A stretch of 64,000 nt of DNA from Oceanispirochaeta sp. GTDB lineage: Bacteria > Spirochaetota > Spirochaetia > DSM-2461. Made by a program: the position numbers and the translations under genes. The stretch lies in the NCBI GenBank assembly GCA_963666275.2, contig CAXXOA010000001.1, positions 32,001-96,000 on the forward strand, in the 5' to 3' direction. This document shows, piece after piece, positions 58,646-64,000 of the stretch. The notes beneath the pieces were generated by a model. The model saw only the letters and a list, made by a program, of their open reading frames with translations. It did no database searches and had not been told where the DNA came from. The stretch's first letter is position 1. Every line of letters begins with the position of its first letter.

Positions 58646-61222
58646 ATGAAGAAGATTCTGTTGTTATTTCTTTCTCTTCCTCTGCTGTTTACTGCATGCG
58701 GACCGAAAACCATTACACCTGATATTCCGGTTCAGAAGGAGCAGGCTTCCGCCCCGGCTCCGGTCACTTCCACGCCGGCAGAATCTCCCCGGTCGATCCA
58801 GATGGAAGCCCTCAGTGAGGGACTGGTTGTTTTTACTTCGGGAGATGTTTTTGTCAGGAGAGACGGAGAGGAAAATTATCTTGATATCGGAGACATGCTC
58901 TTCCAGGATGATATTGTCGGAACAGGACCGGACTCCTACTGTGAGATCCAGCTGGGAGAAATAGCGGTTGTCCGTATGGAGGCAGAGTCTCTTATCACCA
59001 TGAGTTCTCTTTTCAGCTCCGAATCCGGCAGCCGTATGGGGGTGGATCTTGAGGAGGGACAGGTCCTCTGCAAGGTGAAAAAGCTCCTGGAGGATGATTC
59101 CTTCAAGGTCAAAGCCGGGACTGTTGTCTGCGGTGTCCGGGGGACTGAATTCGGAGTCTCCTCCAGAGGGGATGAAAAGGTTCTTCTTGCAGTCAAGGAG
59201 GGCGCCGTGGCTGTCACTCCTGTTTCTCTGGAAAAAGTCTCGGAACTGTCCCGGGATGAGGAGTCTCTCAGGGGCGTTGCTTCTCTCATACAGGAAGCCT
59301 CTCTTGTGGTCGGAGCTTCAGAAGAACTGAATATCGAAGATGAAACCTTCAAAGATCTGGAGGAAATTGCTCCTGTCCTCGAGCAGGTTGTTCAGAAAAT
59401 AGAAGAGAAAAATACAGCCAGAGAAAAACAGGAGGCCGCCGGCGAGGCCGGTACGGAAGAGCAGGCCGACCTGGAAGAGGCTGTGGCAGTCCTTGAACAG
59501 GAAGTCAGCCGGCAGGCCCGGGACATCCTCACTGTCATTGAAAGTAAACCGGAAATTGTGGCACCTGCTGTGCTTGAGAAGAAAGAGATTTCGGAAGAGT
59601 CAAAGAAAGTCCTGGAATCCACCGATCAGATGGAACTGATCACCTTCGCCGCTCCCGAAACGGAAGAGAAGGCCCGGAGTGAGTCATCGGCGCCAGCGGC
59701 TCCTGTTCTTCCCACTCTATATAAGGTTGCTGTCCGTGTGGTCCCCGCAGACGCTGAGATCATCAGTGCGGGAAGGGTCATTGCCAGAGGAAGTCTCAGT
59801 AAGCTCTACAGCGAGGGAAAGACCCTCTCTCTTGAGTTCAGGCTGGAGGGGTACAAAGCTGAAACTCTGAATATCACAGTGGATGAAAATATGGAGGCCG
59901 AATACGCTGTCGAGCTTAAACCAGAGGAAGATCAGAACACCTCTCTGCCGATCCAGGCTCCTGAAGAAAATATGACGGCTCCCATCGCGGCTGCAGACCC
60001 TGCTGCTTCAGTACCCGGTTCCGTTGATACAGCGGCTGAACCGGTTCGGGTTGCCCTGACGACAAGTCCTGCAGACGCCGCACTGAAAATTGACGGATCC
60101 TCTGCGGGAAAGGGATCCTGGGACGGTAAGGTTAAACCGGGGGATCAGATCCGGGTTTCCGCCGAAAGGAATGGTTATGCTCCCGCTTCCCTGACATTGA
60201 CAGTGCCTCCGGAAGGACTGGAACGGGTCATTACTCTGGATCCCCGGCCGCTGGAGGTCTCAAATGATCTTTCTTCTGCCGGCCTTGTGGGGGTTCTGGC
60301 AGGAGATCCTTCCCTGATGATCGGTGCAGATACAGCGGGAAAACTGACCGCCTTTGACAGAAACGGAAAGCTCCTGTGGCAGTATGCTTCTGCCAACAGT
60401 CCCAATGCCAACTCCTCTGCGGTTCTTCATAATGGTAAGGTGTATTTTTCAGGCGGTTCAGAGCTTGTTATTCTCAGCAGTAAAGAGGGCAGTCTGGTTT
60501 CCCGTATTCCCCTGGAAGAGGAGCGTTCCCATATCTACGGGCGCCAGGTGATGCCTCTGGACGGGGATATTCTGTATCCAGCCAACGATGAACTTGTACT
60601 GATGGACTCTTCAGGCAATGAACAGGCCTCATACTCTCTTCCGGAAGGATCCAGTATGTCTCCTGCTCTGTGGGAGGGGAAAATCCTTATTGCCGACAAG
60701 AAAGGCGAGCTATTAATAATGGATCCTGCTGACGGCTCCATTATTACGTCCGTTTCGACAGGATCTCTTCAGTCTGTCGCCCAGAGCCCGGCTGTACAGG
60801 GCAATATTGCGGTTTTTACCAGCCGGAAAGGAGTTGTCTCTGCAGTGGATCTGACAAATGAAACTGTCCTCTGGGAACGGGATCTGGACAGTACGGTCTT
60901 TGCCAATATTGTAGCTTCGCCCGAGGGCTGTTACGTGTTTACCACAAAACGGGAAGTATACCCTCTCTCCTGGGAGAGCGGTGAAGACCTCTTCTCTCCT
61001 CTGAAAGATATAAGTTCCGCTCCCGGCTATGCTCAGGGGCAGCTCTACATCACGACGACCTCGGGGATCATGCGGATTCTCAACGCCCGGACAGGAACTG
61101 TGGCCGCCGAGATGGATCTGGGAGATTCTTTTTCGGCCCGGCCTATCATCCGGGAGGGGCTTGTCTTCGGAGTGGGACGCAAGGGGAAATTCTACAGAAT
61201 AAATCCGGCGGGTCTTGAATAG
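58646..61222 (+). CDS. Lipoprotein with FecR-like, PEGA-like and PQQ-type beta-propeller domains
   Basis: Lipobox FTAC; CGVRGTEF (FecR); PADA...GY repeats (PEGA); GKLLWQY and VLWE propeller repeats. Confidence 0.8.
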   Translation: MKKILLLFLSLPLLFTACGPKTITPDIPVQKEQASAPAPVTSTPAESPRSIQMEALSEGLVVFTSGDVFVRRDGEENYLDIGDMLFQDDIVGTGPDSYCEIQLGEIAVVRMEAESLITMSSLFSSESGSRMGVDLEEGQVLCKVKKLLEDDSFKVKAGTVVCGVRGTEFGVSSRGDEKVLLAVKEGAVAVTPVSLEKVSELSRDEESLRGVASLIQEASLVVGASEELNIEDETFKDLEEIAPVLEQVVQKIEEKNTAREKQEAAGEAGTEEQADLEEAVAVLEQEVSRQARDILTVIESKPEIVAPAVLEKKEISEESKKVLESTDQMELITFAAPETEEKARSESSAPAAPVLPTLYKVAVRVVPADAEIISAGRVIARGSLSKLYSEGKTLSLEFRLEGYKAETLNITVDENMEAEYAVELKPEEDQNTSLPIQAPEENMTAPIAAADPAASVPGSVDTAAEPVRVALTTSPADAALKIDGSSAGKGSWDGKVKPGDQIRVSAERNGYAPASLTLTVPPEGLERVITLDPRPLEVSNDLSSAGLVGVLAGDPSLMIGADTAGKLTAFDRNGKLLWQYASANSPNANSSAVLHNGKVYFSGGSELVILSSKEGSLVSRIPLEEERSHIYGRQVMPLDGDILYPANDELVLMDSSGNEQASYSLPEGSSMSPALWEGKILIADKKGELLIMDPADGSIITSVSTGSLQSVAQSPAVQGNIAVFTSRKGVVSAVDLTNETVLWERDLDSTVFANIVASPEGCYVFTTKREVYPLSWESGEDLFSPLKDISSAPGYAQGQLYITTTSGIMRILNARTGTVAAEMDLGDSFSARPIIREGLVFGVGRKGKFYRINPAGLE

Positions 61223-61244
61223 GAATTGTATCAGGAATCTATGG

Positions 61245-61275
61245 AGGGGAATCGGGTAGGATTCCCCTTTTTTTT
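61245..61275 (+). terminator. Intrinsic terminator
   Basis: AGGGGAATC-GGGTAG-GATTCCCCT followed by a T-run. Confidence 0.85.
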
Positions 61276-61282
61276 ACGGCGG

Positions 61283-61320
61283 CATCTGTTACTGTAACAA
61301 TCTCATCTGTAACGGTAACA
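61283..61320. promoter_or_regulatory. Tandem 17-bp repeat at 21-bp period with a palindromic core
   Basis: CATCTGTTACTGTAACA (61283) and CATCTGTAACGGTAACA (61304). Confidence 0.55.
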
Positions 61321-61403
61321 GACGGGGAAGCCCGGGATTCCGTGCTATCTTATGTATATGACACATTTAAAAATACAGAAACAAATACATAAGAAGGTAC
61401 TCT

Positions 61404-62057
61404 ATGAAAAAAATCCTATTGCTGCTGGTCCTTGCCGGAGCCGGCTCTCCGGCCCTCTGGTCCACCCAGAATTCCGCAAAAGTTGCTATTATTTCGCAGA
61501 TGGCAGGCTCTGAAGATCCGGAACAGAAGCTTTCCGCCCTCTCTCTGGTTCGGGAGCAGTTCTCCACGGGCAGACTCAGCCGTCCGGAAGAAGAGGACCT
61601 CATCGGCATTGTGGGTTCCCTGGCGAGAGAAGGGATTGTGTTTCTCAGTTATGACAGCAGAAAGGTGGGAAACAATCACACCCAGGTAAGGCTGGAAGCC
61701 AACAGAATCCTCAGGACCATAGGGAATCCGGGTTCATACGAAACAGTCCTGGATATCCTGGAGAATGAACCTCTTTCCTACATCCTTTCCGTTGCTGTTG
61801 AAACCTCCGGTGAAATCGGTGAAGTGACTGAGGAGCTGGAGCAGCTCTATTATAATATCCTCACAGGAAGAGAGCTCCGTTTTAAGGATGAGCTTCTGGT
61901 TTCAAAAACAATGGGTGCCATTGAGGCTCTAAAAGAGAAGGATGAAGCCATTCTTCTGTCAGACAGAATCCGGGGCGGGCTTATCTATGTTTTCAATCCC
62001 ATGAACGGATGCAGCAGAAGGCTCCGGGACCAGGCGGGAGATATCCTTAAAAACTGA
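61404..62057 (+). CDS. Exported HEAT-repeat-like protein
   Basis: Signal peptide; VRLEANRILRTIG and AVETSGEIG helical repeats. Confidence 0.65.
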   Translation: MKKILLLLVLAGAGSPALWSTQNSAKVAIISQMAGSEDPEQKLSALSLVREQFSTGRLSRPEEEDLIGIVGSLAREGIVFLSYDSRKVGNNHTQVRLEANRILRTIGNPGSYETVLDILENEPLSYILSVAVETSGEIGEVTEELEQLYYNILTGRELRFKDELLVSKTMGAIEALKEKDEAILLSDRIRGGLIYVFNPMNGCSRRLRDQAGDILKN

Positions 62058-62085
62058 CAGGCCCTTTGCCCGGGGAAGTCTTTTT

Positions 62086-62997
62086 TTAAACCGATTGATT
62101 TCCCGACTGGGCATAGCGGTTCTTCAGGACATAGTCCGCCGGTTTGTTGTACACCACGCTGTCCGCCGGTATGGAAGATGTAATCCAGACATTTCCCCCG
62201 ATGACCGAATTGGCTCCCACTGTCGTATTTCCTCCCAGGATGGTGGCTCCCGCATAGATGGTGACATTGTCTTCCAGGGTGGGATGGCGTTTGACATTGG
62301 CATCCTCTTTTTTAACGCTCAGAGCACCCAGGGTGACTCCCTGATAGATTTTGACATTTTCGCCGATGATGGAGGTCTCTCCGATAACGACTCCTGTCCC
62401 GTGGTCGATAAAAAATGATTCACCGATAGAGGCCCCGGGATGGATATCAATTCCAGTTTTCCGGTGAATGTGTTCATTCATCATACGGGGAATCAGGGGA
62501 ACATCCATATTGAACAGTTCATGGGCCAGGCGATGCACTGTGATGGCTTCCAGCCCGGGATAGGCCAGGATCACTTCCTCTCTGGACCGGGCGGCGGGGT
62601 CGCCTTTCAGGGCGGCATTCACATCCTTCAGCGTTTTTTCTCTGATGGCCGGGAGCTTATCCATAAAATCGAAAGTCAGTCCTCTGGCTTCCTTTCCGCA
62701 GTCAATTTCGTCTCTGTCTGTGAGTTCCCGGCAGCGGAACTCTATGCTTTTGCGAATTTCCACCATAAGACGGCTACCCAGACTCAGGAGTTTTTCGCCC
62801 AGATTGAAGGGAAGATTCTCTTCGTCGACCTGCTCGTTTTCCTGATACCCGGGAAATATGATGGATTCCAGAGTCGTTATTATATCAATGATACTCTGCC
62901 TGGAGGGAAGAACCGGACCGTTCAGATGGTTGATCCCCTCTTTGATCCGATAGGTCTTCATAATCTCTTCAGTTATGGTATCGATTTTCTTTATCAT
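62086..62997 (-). CDS. cysE: Serine O-acetyltransferase (long EpsC-like form)
   Basis: GDPAA, YPGL, TGIDIHPGA, FIDHGTGVVIGET, KRHPT. Confidence 0.93.
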   Translation of the reverse strand: MIKKIDTITEEIMKTYRIKEGINHLNGPVLPSRQSIIDIITTLESIIFPGYQENEQVDEENLPFNLGEKLLSLGSRLMVEIRKSIEFRCRELTDRDEIDCGKEARGLTFDFMDKLPAIREKTLKDVNAALKGDPAARSREEVILAYPGLEAITVHRLAHELFNMDVPLIPRMMNEHIHRKTGIDIHPGASIGESFFIDHGTGVVIGETSIIGENVKIYQGVTLGALSVKKEDANVKRHPTLEDNVTIYAGATILGGNTTVGANSVIGGNVWITSSIPADSVVYNKPADYVLKNRYAQSGNQSV

Positions 62998-63860
62998 ACG
63001 CTTATGGTCCTCCGTCCTGTAAATGGGGCATGTACGGCTCTTTTTATGGCCCTCAGCTCTTTGAGCGCTGCCTCTTCTCCCGATTGAATAATTTTTTCCG
63101 CATCTTCAAAATTGAAACTGGTTGAACCGGGCTTTCCAAGATGAAGAGTTAAACTGGCTTTATCAAACTTTGTGCGTCTCCGGGTCTGGCAGGAGGTGAC
63201 AAAACTCCTGAACATCACCGCCAGAGCGTTATCTATTTCGGATGAGGGAATCCGGCTGTAGTGTCCCACATCCACACCGATGACTCTTGAACAGCCGAAA
63301 CGGCGGGCAATCCAGACGGGATAGTTGTTCAATACAGAGCCGTCGCACAGGAGCTCTTCTGCCCGTTCGAGAGGTTCGAAGAATCCGGGATACGCCATGG
63401 AACTGTAAACCCCGTCACTGAGAAGCCCATCGTGGAGTATCATTTCATGCCCTGTCAGAAGATCTACCGCATTGCAGTAGAAGGGGATCTCCGTCTCCTG
63501 AAAGGTCTTGCCTTCAAAAAGTGTATCCAGGTAATTCCTTACTTTCAAACTGCTTATGAGTCCTCTTTTGGTCAGCATATTCCCGAAAGCCTCCTCGGCC
63601 TGCAGGAATTTGATAAGCATGTTTTCAAAGGGAATCTTGTAGGTTATCCCCTCCATAAAATCGGAGATCTTAAAATCCAGGGCTATGCGGATCATCTCCT
63701 CACTGCTGTGACCGGTTGCCCATAGGGCTCCTACTATGGCTCCCATGGAGGTTCCGCTTATGGCACAGGGCCGGAGGTTCTCTTTTTCCAGTACTTTCAA
63801 TACGCCAAGGTGAGCCAGCCCCAGGGCTCCTCCACCGGACAACACCAGTGCCCATTTCAT
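62994..63860 (-). CDS. Patatin-like phospholipase
   Basis: LSGGGALG, GTSMG, and DGS (variant of DGG). Confidence 0.9.
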   Translation of the reverse strand: MKWALVLSGGGALGLAHLGVLKVLEKENLRPCAISGTSMGAIVGALWATGHSSEEMIRIALDFKISDFMEGITYKIPFENMLIKFLQAEEAFGNMLTKRGLISSLKVRNYLDTLFEGKTFQETEIPFYCNAVDLLTGHEMILHDGLLSDGVYSSMAYPGFFEPLERAEELLCDGSVLNNYPVWIARRFGCSRVIGVDVGHYSRIPSSEIDNALAVMFRSFVTSCQTRRRTKFDKASLTLHLGKPGSTSFNFEDAEKIIQSGEEAALKELRAIKRAVHAPFTGRRTISV

Positions 63861-63915
63861 GGGTTAACCATAGAATTCGGTTTATCAAAAGTCAAGGTTC
63901 CGCTAAGATGGGACC

Positions 63916-64000
63916 ATGGTGAATAAGGACTGGAAAACTCTACTGAAAAAGAGCTGTCGTCAGGAAGTGTCCCTCAGGGAAACAATAACCCTCTCAAAAG
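63916..64000 (+). CDS. 5' end of an ORF running off the window; product not assignable
   Basis: Open frame MVNKDWKTLLKKSCRQEVSLRETITLSK, divergent from the patatin gene. Confidence 0.4.
   Translation, partial: MVNKDWKTLLKKSCRQEVSLRETITLSK

Noticed and set aside
63916..64000. Assigning the terminal partial ORF to the KamA radical SAM family
   Set aside because: Only 28 codons are visible and the resemblance is too weak.
1..64000. tRNA or rRNA genes
   Set aside because: All intergenic gaps are short, and none showed a cloverleaf or rRNA-like sequence on manual reading.

Overview
Gene-dense bacterial window; the gene repertoire and protein styles suggest a free-living anaerobic spirochaete (inference only). 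I saw no rRNA, tRNA, CRISPR array, transposase or integrase. Left to right it holds: a partial HATPase-like gene and a REC-REC-GGDEF cyclase; an MMPL/LolA-like/outer-membrane operon; a GH3 glucosidase; Trk/Ktr potassium uptake; a seven-gene operon (U32 Fe-S protein, class III aminotransferase, ABC importer, UbiD, UbiA); an AT-rich AAA ATPase; a ~26.5 kb transport/phosphatase island (22.1-48.6 kb); an MNT-HEPN pair; PFOR; a partner-switch module; a glycosyltransferase; a FecR/PEGA/PQQ lipoprotein; cysE; and a patatin. The two best candidates for undescribed systems are both inferred from motifs and gene context. (1) The U32/aminotransferase/UbiD/UbiA/ABC operon may import and modify an aromatic precursor into an unusual prenylated quinone without O2. 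(2) The island looks like a phytate/inositol-phosphate system: four Fe3+/sugar-phosphate-type ABC importers, a MINPP-type phytase, two kinases with the PPi-dependent RxGRGD signature, three further phosphatases, two LacI regulators with readable operators, and a two-component system whose regulator appears to start at CTG. The MNT-HEPN pair sits between two copies of the PFOR terminator.
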